Source: Gloeobacterales cyanobacterium | GTDB lineage: Bacteria; Cyanobacteriota; Cyanobacteriia; Gloeobacterales; PMM-0068 | Assembly: GCA_038245785.1 (NCBI GenBank) | Contig: JBBRSB010000016.1 | Location: forward strand, 1-64,000 | Direction: 5' to 3' | DNA length: 64,000 bases | Part shown: positions 27,802 through 36,340 of the stretch, piece by piece | Position numbering within the stretch: the first letter of the stretch is position 1 | Layout: the number at the start of each line of letters is the position of its first letter | Made by a program: the position numbers and the translations under genes | Notes under the pieces: model-generated | Database searches by the model: none | What the model was told of the DNA's origin: nothing | The model's input: the letters and a program-made list of their open reading frames with translations, nothing else

Positions 27802-28233
27802 CTAGTTATCGGTTAGCGAACGAACATACTTAGGACAAGGCAACAAACTCTTGATCAGCACTTGATCCGCCGTCCAAAACTCAGCCCCGCAATGTTCAGA
27901 GCAAGCTAGGAAAGCAGCATCATATAGAGTGGCTAGCTTATATTGAGTAGCAATCGCCCAAGCCTTTGTGTTCACAGCGGGGTGAACGATAAACTCCAGA
28001 GGAAGCTGCTGAAAATCCTCAAAACAGGCTTTAGACTCTTCATCAGTCAATAATCCCTTTCGTACCTTCTTCCGTAAAACAGACCCCACTTCAGCCCAGG
28101 CAAAACAGGGCGCGACCATCGGTATCGAAAAAGCAATCGCATCCAAAATCAAGCGTTCCGCTTTCTCAGAGTGCTCCTCTGGCGTCAGGTAAGGAATCAG
28201 AACACTAGAATCGAGACAGAGGACTCTAGCCAC
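27802..28233 (-). CDS. vapC: VapC/PIN toxin
   Basis: LDSSV, FAWAEVGSVLRK, TLYDAAFLA, FWTAD. Confidence 0.9.
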   Translation of the reverse strand: MARVLCLDSSVLIPYLTPEEHSEKAERLILDAIAFSIPMVAPCFAWAEVGSVLRKKVRKGLLTDEESKACFEDFQQLPLEFIVHPAVNTKAWAIATQYKLATLYDAAFLACSEHCGAEFWTADQVLIKSLLPCPKYVRSLTDN

Positions 28234-28483
28234 GACGACCTTCTCCAGAGCGGAGTTCTCGGATCAGCTCAGTGGAGTCAGATTGTAGCCCCGTGCGTTC
28301 CAAAATAGATTGCCGACGCGCACGAATACGCTCATGAGCTGCGAGCCCTTGGCGGCGGCGTACCTCATGGTCGAGCGCTTCCACCACGAGATCGTTAAAG
28401 GATTCTTCATCCATCTTCAAAGACTTTGCTTGCGCCAGAAGCTCAGCAGGAAAACGAATGGTGATACTTTCGCGTTGGCTCAT
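28226..28483 (-). CDS. Ribbon-helix-helix antitoxin (YlcI/YnfO-like)
   Basis: ESITIRFPAELL...ESFNDLVVEALDHEVRRR...DSTELIRELR; overlaps vapC. Confidence 0.85.
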   Translation of the reverse strand: MSQRESITIRFPAELLAQAKSLKMDEESFNDLVVEALDHEVRRRQGLAAHERIRARRQSILERTGLQSDSTELIRELRSGEGRRG

Positions 28484-28659
28484 GGTTGCACTGTTCAGTT
28501 ACGTTGTGTGTAACCATATTACCGCAGAGAGCGTTTTAGCTATAAGAGTCTCTGTTAGCGGTCCAGACCTCCTCTGCGCCGCTGATCTTTTTGTTGGTGC
28601 AGCTACGCCTATGCTGTCCTTCTTGTTTAGCCAAGTTTAAAGAGCTACAAAACTTGCTG

Positions 28660-28680
28660 TGTAGTCGCATTGTGACTACA
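28660..28680. promoter_or_regulatory. Operator of the dinJ-yafQ module
   Basis: tgtagtcgca-t-tgtgactaca inverted repeat with 1 mismatch. Confidence 0.65.
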
Positions 28681-28717
28681 ATAGAACTTCCAGCATCAGC
28701 TTCTCAAGTGAGTCAAC

Positions 28718-28984
28718 ATGAGTACCGCTAATACCTACGTTCGCGCGCGCATTGATAAAGTGACCAAGGAACGCGCCGCTGATGCCCTCGAAGCAATGGG
28801 CTTGTCCATTTCCGACGCCATCCGTTTGCTCATGCTCCGTGTGGCGGATGAGCGCCGTTTGCCCTTTGAGGTTAAGGTTCCGAACAAAACTACCCGCAAG
28901 GCGATTGCCGAGCTTGAAGCCGGGAAGGGCAAGAGCTTCATCAGCATTGATGCCCTGATGACGGACTTGAATGCGGACGATTGA
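28718..28984 (+). CDS. dinJ: RelB/DinJ family antitoxin
   Basis: VRARID...MGLSISDAIRL...LPFEVKVPN. Confidence 0.92.
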   Translation: MSTANTYVRARIDKVTKERAADALEAMGLSISDAIRLLMLRVADERRLPFEVKVPNKTTRKAIAELEAGKGKSFISIDALMTDLNADD

Positions 28985-29255
28985 ACGTTCATCAGCTTTC
29001 AAGCGCGATTACAAACGGGTCAAGGCAACACCGCGCCACAGCAAAGACTTGGATCCACTTTTATCCACCATCTTGGCACTACTATTAATAGATCAGGCTC
29101 TGCCCGAGAGCAACCGCGACCATACGCTGAGCGGCAGTTGGGCGGACTACCGTGAGTGCCACATAAAACCCGACGTGCTGCTGATTTACCGGAAGCTAGA
29201 TGCCGACACCCTACGATTGGCGCGACTTGGATCGCATAGTGAGCTATTCGGTTGA
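28971..29255 (+). CDS. yafQ: YafQ family toxin
   Basis: FKRDYKR, RDHTLSGSW..YRECHIKPDVLLIY, RLGSHSELF. Confidence 0.93.
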   Translation: MRTIERSSAFKRDYKRVKATPRHSKDLDPLLSTILALLLIDQALPESNRDHTLSGSWADYRECHIKPDVLLIYRKLDADTLRLARLGSHSELFG

Positions 29256-29431
29256 GGTCGGCGGACATTCCGGTGTAAGCGCTTTTGACTGGGTGCTTCT
29301 CCTCATAGGGCCTCTGCTGAGACGATTCCCTATTTCCTCCCCTGTGATCTCTTAGAGGGGGAAGTTGTGCCTCTCCCCCTTTTCTCCTCGTTTGCCCCAT
29401 AGGGAGACGGAAGGGGGGCGTAAGCCTCTCT

Positions 29432-30023
29432 GTGGACAGTAGTAAATTTTGCCCAAGGCATCAATCTGAGCCAGTAGCTTCTGCGCCGCATACCAGCTAT
29501 CCATCAGCACTGTGCTAAACGGCAATTGCTTGCTATGCACTACCCCGTTAAGCATCTCGGCCACATGCTCCAGTTTGCTGTGGCCATCCCCCGCTGGGTC
29601 GTAAACCCGATAGTCAATCACCCAGAATTGTCCGCTTTCAGCATTCACATAGACACAGCTAATCAAGCCAATGCCGAGAATCACGCGGTGTTCATTCCCA
29701 CTGTACTGACGTCGAGTCAGTTCAATCGCTGTGGCGTAGCGCTTGTCTAAAACCGTGTCATCAAACAGGAGGTAGGCCTTTTGCGCTGGGACCAACAGGG
29801 ACTTAATGTTGTCCCACAAAAGTTGAGGGGTCAACTTCTCTCCGCGCAGATAACGATTAATACGGTCATGGCCAATTCCCTGCAGATGCTCCGCCATGTT
29901 GGTGATGATGAAGTTGATGGGGCTCCTGAGCAGGTATTGGCAGTAGTCGAGTTTAGTGAAGCTCATCCCTCAAGTTTAGAGAGAGCACCTGTACCTGGGC
30001 CATCAGTCAGTGCGTAAGTCCTG
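29432..30023 (-). mobile_element. Truncated IS701-family element (transposase 5' half from 29966)
   Basis: FTKLDYCQYLL, HDRINRYL, FDDTVLDK, RRQYSGNEH, VLMDSWYA, YYCP, after which similarity is lost; terminal caggacttacgca at 30023-30011. Confidence 0.88.
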
Positions 30024-30074
30024 TTTAAATCACTTCCTTCGCTGAAAAATCTTCCTCAGACATACACTGTTTTT

Positions 30075-31445
30075 CTAACCCATCTTCTCCAACAAGGCTC
30101 GAGCCGCCAAATTCCCAGAAAGGGTCGCTCCTTCCATCGAGTCTATGTAGTCTTGAGCGGTGTAGGCTCCAGCCAGGAAAAAGTTCTCGATCGGAGTGGC
30201 TTGCTTGGGGCGATAAGGATCCATCCCAGGAGCCTCCCGATAGAGAGATTGAGAAAGTTTTACCACGTTCCAGCGCAGCAATTGGAGTTTCCGGCTAGAA
30301 GGAAATAGGTCTTGGACTTGCTTTAAGGTGTGCATGGCGACTTGTTCATTGGGCATGGTGATGAATGGATCGCCAGGGGTGAGGACTAGTTGCAATAGGG
30401 ACCCTTCCCCTTCTACATAATAATTTTTGGGACTAGTAATAGCGAGGTCCGCAAAGCAGGAAAAATCAGCATCAGCCGTATAGAGCAGATTATCAATATC
30501 CGTCACCCAGCCATCGAAACGAAGCTGCACTGTAGCAACAGGGACAGAGGTAAGCCGATAGATATTGTCGAACTGTGGAAACTGACGCCAGGCCTGGGGC
30601 AGGATTTTTTTCGCACCGTCCACAGCAGCTGCGCAAACATAGGCATCCGCTTTGATCTGCGTACCATCTTTGAGCAATAGCCCTTGAACGCGACCATTCT
30701 CCGTCACGATTTCTTGGACCCGACTTTTTATCCGAAACTGGCCACCACGGTCGGTAATATACTTCATTAAGGGTTGATGCAAACGCTCTGCTGGAGCACC
30801 ATCTAGAAAGTTCAATTTGGAAGCATCCGTTTTTGTGGCGAAGAAGAGAAAGATTGTCAGCATGCAACGGGCGCTAATCTGCTCCGTATCAATGAATCCC
30901 AAAGCATAGGCAATCGGGTTCCACAGCCGTTTCAGGCTAGATTCAGTGCCACCATGACTTTTGAACCAGTGGGCAAAACTCACGCCATCCAGTGCTTGAA
31001 TATCCTTGAGGGCCGCTTCATAGCTGACCAAGCCCTTCACAATCGGACTAGTCCCTAGTGCAAGAGAGTTGCCAATTTTGTCGGTAACGGAAAGTTGGGG
31101 CGTGGTAAAAAAAGCTTTTAGGCCATGGAAGGGCGCACCTACCATAAAGCGGAAATCCAACTCGCGAATGTCTTGGCCCCGATTGACAAAGGTGTGGGTA
31201 TGCTCTTTGAGCAAAAAACGGTCCCGTGCTCCCACCTTCTCCAACATTGCAAAGAAATTGTAGTAGCAGCCAAAGAACACATGCAGGCCCATCTCCAAAT
31301 GGTCTCCCTGAGCATTCTGCCAAGAACCCACCTTGCCACCAATGAAAGGCTTTTCTTCGAGGAGGACTACTTCATGCCCTTCGTCCACCAAATTGATGGC
31401 CGTGCTCATCCCTGCTAGACCTGCACCGATAATCGCGACCTTCAC
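30075..31445 (-). CDS. zds: 9,9'-di-cis-zeta-carotene desaturase (CrtQ)
   Basis: [56 protein letters not shown]. Confidence 0.95.
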   Translation of the reverse strand: MKVAIIGAGLAGMSTAINLVDEGHEVVLLEEKPFIGGKVGSWQNAQGDHLEMGLHVFFGCYYNFFAMLEKVGARDRFLLKEHTHTFVNRGQDIRELDFRFMVGAPFHGLKAFFTTPQLSVTDKIGNSLALGTSPIVKGLVSYEAALKDIQALDGVSFAHWFKSHGGTESSLKRLWNPIAYALGFIDTEQISARCMLTIFLFFATKTDASKLNFLDGAPAERLHQPLMKYITDRGGQFRIKSRVQEIVTENGRVQGLLLKDGTQIKADAYVCAAAVDGAKKILPQAWRQFPQFDNIYRLTSVPVATVQLRFDGWVTDIDNLLYTADADFSCFADLAITSPKNYYVEGEGSLLQLVLTPGDPFITMPNEQVAMHTLKQVQDLFPSSRKLQLLRWNVVKLSQSLYREAPGMDPYRPKQATPIENFFLAGAYTAQDYIDSMEGATLSGNLAARALLEKMG

Positions 31446-31569
31446 AAAACTTCCAAAAAGCTCACACTCCAGTGTATAAGGCTTTGAGAACCCAATGACC
31501 TTATAGTCTGGCAGTTACTAGGCTTAAGCTGCCAGAATTCGTCCTAGAACTCCGGGAATTCTCTAATCT

Positions 31570-32247
31570 CTACCGTCTCTGCACCAGACCTGAGTTGGCC
31601 ATCGCTTCTTCCGCTTTGTACATCAGTTCATCACAGATTTTCAGTAAGTCTTGGCCTGTATGCAGGTGGCCCACATCATAGTTTTGGACAAAGTAGCCTA
31701 ACTCATCGAGGCCGTCTTTGAGCTGATTTAAGCTGTGATATAGATATTCAGCAGCCAGGGCTAGGGTCGCAGGATTCGGCTTAGAGCGGAATGTGGTCCA
31801 GGCAATATCACAAGAGCGTTGTGAAGTTTCCAGATATTCGGCAAAGGCTTCAACCAGTTCATCGTCGTAGGGGTCATAGGAAAGGTCATCTAAACGGCTT
31901 TCAAATGAACCTACAATGCGACTGATGGCTCTGGCTACAGGATAGTAAATTCGCTGTAGCCAGAGGACTTGAGCCTCATCTTCCCGGCTGCCTCTGGGTT
32001 TAATCGGGTTTTTGGGCACATGGTAAGGCCGGGGAATATCTTCTAGCGTCTGGTCATAGGTCTCTCTACGCTTCACTTCCGTCAGCACGGCGTAGGCTTC
32101 GTTCAGCTGCTTCATGATTTCCACGTCAGAACCATTATTCAAATCTGGATGGTGTTGACGGGCCAGCCGTCGATAGGCCGCTTTAATCTGCTCCGTACTG
32201 GCAGAGGTCGAGACTTGTAGGCGCTGGTAGTGGGTGTGGTTCTCCAT
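31570..32247 (-). CDS. DnaJ-domain protein (type III)
   Basis: IKAAYRRLARQHHPDLN, LNEAYAVL; C-terminal DPYDDEL...HTGQDL typical of a cyanobacterial family. Confidence 0.9.
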   Translation of the reverse strand: MENHTHYQRLQVSTSASTEQIKAAYRRLARQHHPDLNNGSDVEIMKQLNEAYAVLTEVKRRETYDQTLEDIPRPYHVPKNPIKPRGSREDEAQVLWLQRIYYPVARAISRIVGSFESRLDDLSYDPYDDELVEAFAEYLETSQRSCDIAWTTFRSKPNPATLALAAEYLYHSLNQLKDGLDELGYFVQNYDVGHLHTGQDLLKICDELMYKAEEAMANSGLVQRR

Positions 32248-32397
32248 GAAGACGATCTTAAGGGCTTTCCAGAGCTGGGTCTACAGCTTATCGCTACAAA
32301 ATTAAGAGCAGGTTTGAGAAATTCGGGGAAATTATGTCTGAGCAAGCTCTATGGGCGCGGTTATATTAAGCTAAGTAGGCTAATTTCCTTTAAATGT

Positions 32398-33090
32398 ATG
32401 CAGCTCTGGGTTTTCACCGATTTTGATGGTCCGATTATTGATGTTTCTGAGCGCTACTATCAGGTCTACCAGCACGTTCTCAGAGAAGCCGCTCAAAGTT
32501 CTTCCCTTATCCCTTTAGATAAAAAAACTTTTTGGGACTATAAACGCGCAAAGATTCCAGAGAGAGAGATCGGGATTCGTTCCGGTTTGAATCTAGAGCA
32601 AGCTAAAGAATTTGCCCGTCTACGCAAAAAATTAGTCCATGCTATCGAATATTTCCCCTTAGATGAAATTCACCCGACGGCTATCGCAGCTCTTGAACAG
32701 CTACAGAATGCTGGTGTCATGCTCGGCGTGGTAACTATGCGCCTCGTACGAGAACTAGAGCCTGCCCTAGCCAAATTTGACCTCGAACGCTTTTTCACAG
32801 CCGAACACCGCTACTGCATCTCCAATGAACACGTCAAAGATGATGACATCCGAGATAAAGCGATGCTGCTAGCTCGTGCCCATGCCGCTTTTAAGAACAG
32901 TACAGCAGAGACAGACGCTCAATGCTATATGGTTGGAGACACTGAAGCAGATATCTTGGCGGGCCAGAAACTAGGGATTCCTTCCCTCGCCGTTCTCTCT
33001 GGTATTCGGGACCAAAACCACCTGAGCAAATTAGCCCCCTGGAAAGTAGTCCAGACCTTGCAGGAAGCGGTTCAAGTCATTTTGGATTAG
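32398..33090 (+). CDS. HAD family hydrolase
   Basis: TDFDGPIIDVSERYY, MVGDTEADI, VLSGIR; ATG at 32398. Confidence 0.9.
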   Translation: MQLWVFTDFDGPIIDVSERYYQVYQHVLREAAQSSSLIPLDKKTFWDYKRAKIPEREIGIRSGLNLEQAKEFARLRKKLVHAIEYFPLDEIHPTAIAALEQLQNAGVMLGVVTMRLVRELEPALAKFDLERFFTAEHRYCISNEHVKDDDIRDKAMLLARAHAAFKNSTAETDAQCYMVGDTEADILAGQKLGIPSLAVLSGIRDQNHLSKLAPWKVVQTLQEAVQVILD

Positions 33091-33171
33091 TGACATACCC
33101 CCGACAAATAGGTCCTAATAATCTTGCCGAATACTATATTGTTCGAATCATGAGTTCTAATGCGGCATGGA

Positions 33172-33699
33172 TTACTTTTCGATTTTGAATAATTCATCAC
33201 CCTCATCGTAGAAGCGATCCGTTTTTCCGATGTAAGTCATACCCAATTTTTGAGCAACTCTAATCGAGGCCATGTTAGTAGGTGTGATTACAGCATATAG
33301 AGCAGGAAGTTTTATATCATTCAATCCGTAATTAATTAGAGCCTGCCCGATCTCTGTAGCATAACCTTTGCCCCAAGATGCTTTTCGAAGATGCCAGCCA
33401 ATTTCATAGTCATTTATAAGCTGCTCTTCTTTTTTGTCGTAGAGAGGCGCCAGTAAAGCTGCCCCAATCACTTGACCAGAGGCTTTTTCAACGACAGCAT
33501 ACCAAAGGTCATCGTCATCAGCAGATTCGAGATGTTCTTGAAGCTGCTGGCGCGTGGTTTCAATACTTTCATCGGGTTCTATACCAAGAAAGCAGACAAC
33601 CTCTGGATTTCCATAAATCTCAAAGGCCGCCTGAATATCTATATCGAGATTCCAAGAACGTACCAATAAGCGATTGGTTTCAAAAATGATTTCGTTCAT
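33172..33699 (-). CDS. GNAT (RimJ/RimL-like) N-acetyltransferase
   Basis: FETNRLLVR, EIGWHL..WGKGYATE, NMASIRVAQKLGM. Confidence 0.9.
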   Translation of the reverse strand: MNEIIFETNRLLVRSWNLDIDIQAAFEIYGNPEVVCFLGIEPDESIETTRQQLQEHLESADDDDLWYAVVEKASGQVIGAALLAPLYDKKEEQLINDYEIGWHLRKASWGKGYATEIGQALINYGLNDIKLPALYAVITPTNMASIRVAQKLGMTYIGKTDRFYDEGDELFKIEK

Positions 33700-33751
33700 C
33701 CTATCTCTTTGCTATCTTCGAAGCCTGGGACACTTTGAAGTCACAACCCAC

Positions 33752-33776
33752 GTTCGGCTGAGCTCACCGTCGAAGC
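33752..33776 (-). repeat. 25-bp small dispersed repeat
   Basis: gttcggctgagctcaccgtcgaagc is the exact reverse complement of 63725-63749. Confidence 0.85.
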
Positions 33777-33830
33777 CCAGTATACCTACCCTACGGGAAG
33801 CTGCGGGGAGGCAGGGGGGCGAAACTCAGT

Positions 33831-34256
33831 TTAAGGAGTAGCCCGCACAGGCCAATTAATTTGAAAAGGAGCAAAGGTTACCTTGCTGCCCTTCTTCGGC
33901 TGACCTACTAGGCGTACGGTGTAGGGACCGGGACTGGGAAACATCAGCTTTGCCATCACCCGTTCGTTCCCAGACAGCGTATATTCACCAATCGCTTTCG
34001 CTTTTGAATTAGGCTTACCAGAATACACTTTGACCGAACAAGAACAGTCTTGAGCTGTAATGCTATTTCCTCCTTTTTTGCGGATCTCGAACCACCCCTC
34101 CACGGGCACCCCAGCCTTTGGCTGGTCATCAGGCTCAATGTGGAATAAGGCTCCTACATTTTTGTCTTTCTCTAAGTCATGGGCAAAGGCAGGTGTAATG
34201 GTTAATGCAAGTAAACTAAAGAGAGTGAGAGCATACTTCATAGATTTAAAGTTCAT
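33831..34256 (-). CDS. Exported protein with His at the mature N-terminus and a CxC motif (putative metal-binding)
   Basis: Signal peptide ...TPAFA|HDLEK, FHIEPDD, DCSC; start at 34256 or 34241. Confidence 0.8.
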   Translation of the reverse strand: MNFKSMKYALTLFSLLALTITPAFAHDLEKDKNVGALFHIEPDDQPKAGVPVEGWFEIRKKGGNSITAQDCSCSVKVYSGKPNSKAKAIGEYTLSGNERVMAKLMFPSPGPYTVRLVGQPKKGSKVTFAPFQINWPVRATP

Positions 34257-34902
34257 CCTTTTTGTAGTTAGAAGAGCGACTAAAAGACTTAATGGACAAA
34301 TATTTCGCCAGAAGAATGAATACAGATAAAGTAAACAAAAGCAAAGCATTGGTGAATTTGAACGTATCCCATCCTGACCCCAAATAGTGGACGCCGAGCC
34401 AAATACTATGGATTAGGCCCAGAATAGCAGCGGGATAGACCAAGAGATGGAGTTGCTTCCAATATTTCCCCAACCTGCGAATAGAAAACTGGTTACTGGT
34501 TAAAACAAGCGGCACCATTAATCCTAAAGCGACCACTCCCAGCCAAGCACCCACTTGAAAGACTGGCAAAAGAAAACTGATGCCATCCCAGCGGCCTCCC
34601 AAAATATGCTCAACCGAAGTGAGGGTATGCATCAATGCAAAGGCAAAAGTAGTCAGACCTAACCAACGCCGGTCTTGTGTGATGCCAGGTAATATCGGTT
34701 CTAGCGGTCTACTTAATATCAACAAACCGAAGCAGAATAAAGCCCCATGCCCCTGAAGTTCTGAGATTAACTGGCCAGCTTGATGATTTCCCGTTGTCCA
34801 ATAATCCCAAACCACTAAGCCAACCCAGGCTAAGCCAATCCCGATAGCCAAAAAGGGCCAGCGTAGGGGCCGGAGGTCGACCGTCGGGATAGGAGCAGTC
34901 AC
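34246..34902 (-). CDS. Ferric-reductase-like transmembrane (MsrQ-like) heme b protein
   Basis: RRWLGL..F.FALMH, LTSNQFSIRRLGKYWKQLHLLVYPAAILGLIH. Confidence 0.88.
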   Translation of the reverse strand: MTAPIPTVDLRPLRWPFLAIGIGLAWVGLVVWDYWTTGNHQAGQLISELQGHGALFCFGLLILSRPLEPILPGITQDRRWLGLTTFAFALMHTLTSVEHILGGRWDGISFLLPVFQVGAWLGVVALGLMVPLVLTSNQFSIRRLGKYWKQLHLLVYPAAILGLIHSIWLGVHYLGSGWDTFKFTNALLLFTLSVFILLAKYLSIKSFSRSSNYKKDEL

Positions 34903-34938
34903 ACTGAGTCTTGCGGTAACATGTGTACGATCATATAA

Positions 34939-34949
34939 GACACATGGTC
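34939..34949. promoter_or_regulatory. GAC-N5-GTC box upstream of the 34902 operon (possible PetR site)
   Basis: gacacatggtc, directly upstream of a TATGAT -10-like hexamer on the minus strand. Confidence 0.4.
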
Positions 34950-35083
34950 GTAGTGCAGGTTGTTCGTGGACGACAAAGACTGTTGGATTACCAAAATTCA
35001 GACGCGAGCGTGGTCTATACCGTTCAATACAATGTCCATAGTTTTTTCAGAATTGAAATAGGGAAATTGGTGGGAAGGATATC

Positions 35084-36277
35084 TTGGCTGACCGAAAGCT
35101 TATACTCACGTTGAAAGGATGGCTGCTTTACAGCCTCCTGATCCTAGGTTTTGTAGTTTATGGCTTAGGAGAATTCCTTCTTAAGAACAAAGAACCGAAC
35201 TTCCTTTTTCATGGACTGGGATCTGCTCAAACGTCTAAACCCGATATTTCAAGCGGTACGCCCTATCTATCGACCCTAAAAGATTTTGCTTTTCCTGTGG
35301 CAGTGACTCAAGACTCAGCCGGAAATCTATGGGTGATTGACCATAGCAACAATCGGATTTTGCGCGTGGAGCGAGACAATCGGGTTTTCTTGGTCGCAGG
35401 CAATGGTTCTAGCAAAGCGAGTGGGGATGGAGGACCTGCCCAAAAAGCAGGGATTTTCCCCTTGGCTCTTGCCCTGGGCCCAGATGACAGTGTCTACATA
35501 GCCGATCATGAGAATCATCGCATCCGCAAAATTTTTTCTGATGGAACTATTGAAACCTTAGCGGGCACAGGCCAAGCCGGATTTTCCGGAGATGGAGGGC
35601 TGGCATGGAAGGCACAGCTTGATGACCCAACAGGGGTAGCGGTAGACCAGGCCAACAACGTCTACATCGCAGACCACGGAAATCATCGAATCCGGGTTGT
35701 TCGTCCTGCAGGCACGATTGAAACTTTGGCTGGCACGGGGCAGGAAGGATTTTCTGGAGATGGCGGCCCTGCCTTAGAGGCAAAGCTCAGCAGTCCCTGG
35801 TCCGTGACTCTGGATTGTAAGGGTAGTTTGTTGGTAGCAGATTTAGGCAATAACCGCATACGAGCGATTAATGCAGACCGTTCGATCCAAACGTTAGTAG
35901 GCGATGGAAAGGGTGAATTTAAAGGAGACAGGGGACCAGCCGTAGCAGCTTCTATTAATAGCTCTGTTGCCGTAGCCCCCGATTGCCGTACGCAGTCTCT
36001 CTACGTTGCCGATACGGGCAGTGACCGAATTCGTAGAGTCAACCGAGAAGGAATTATTCAAACGGTAGCGGGGAAAGGTGCTTTTGGTTCGAAGGGAGAT
36101 GGGGGTAAAGCTTTGAACGCTGAACTTGGTTCTCCCTACAGCCTTTGGGTAGACACTCAGGGAGGTGTTTACGTTGCAGATGCCAATAACCAACGCATAC
36201 GCTACCTAGCTCCTGATCAAAGCATCCGGACTGTCCTCAGCCCTTTAGGTGCGCGACTTCCCGATTTAACACGCTAG
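35084..36277 (+). CDS. NHL-repeat beta-propeller protein with N-terminal anchor
   Basis: Repeated YIADxxNHRIR and AGTGxxGFSGDGGxA units. Confidence 0.9.
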   Translation: MADRKLILTLKGWLLYSLLILGFVVYGLGEFLLKNKEPNFLFHGLGSAQTSKPDISSGTPYLSTLKDFAFPVAVTQDSAGNLWVIDHSNNRILRVERDNRVFLVAGNGSSKASGDGGPAQKAGIFPLALALGPDDSVYIADHENHRIRKIFSDGTIETLAGTGQAGFSGDGGLAWKAQLDDPTGVAVDQANNVYIADHGNHRIRVVRPAGTIETLAGTGQEGFSGDGGPALEAKLSSPWSVTLDCKGSLLVADLGNNRIRAINADRSIQTLVGDGKGEFKGDRGPAVAASINSSVAVAPDCRTQSLYVADTGSDRIRRVNREGIIQTVAGKGAFGSKGDGGKALNAELGSPYSLWVDTQGGVYVADANNQRIRYLAPDQSIRTVLSPLGARLPDLTR

Positions 36278-36340
36278 GAGATTCCGCCGCGCTGCCCTCC
36301 TTCTCGTATGATCGAGATAGCTCTTGTGATACGCACTCCC

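Noticed and set aside
22500..29300. Integron cassette array or prophage
   Set aside because: No integrase, no repeated attC-like sites, mixed gene orientations, no phage genes
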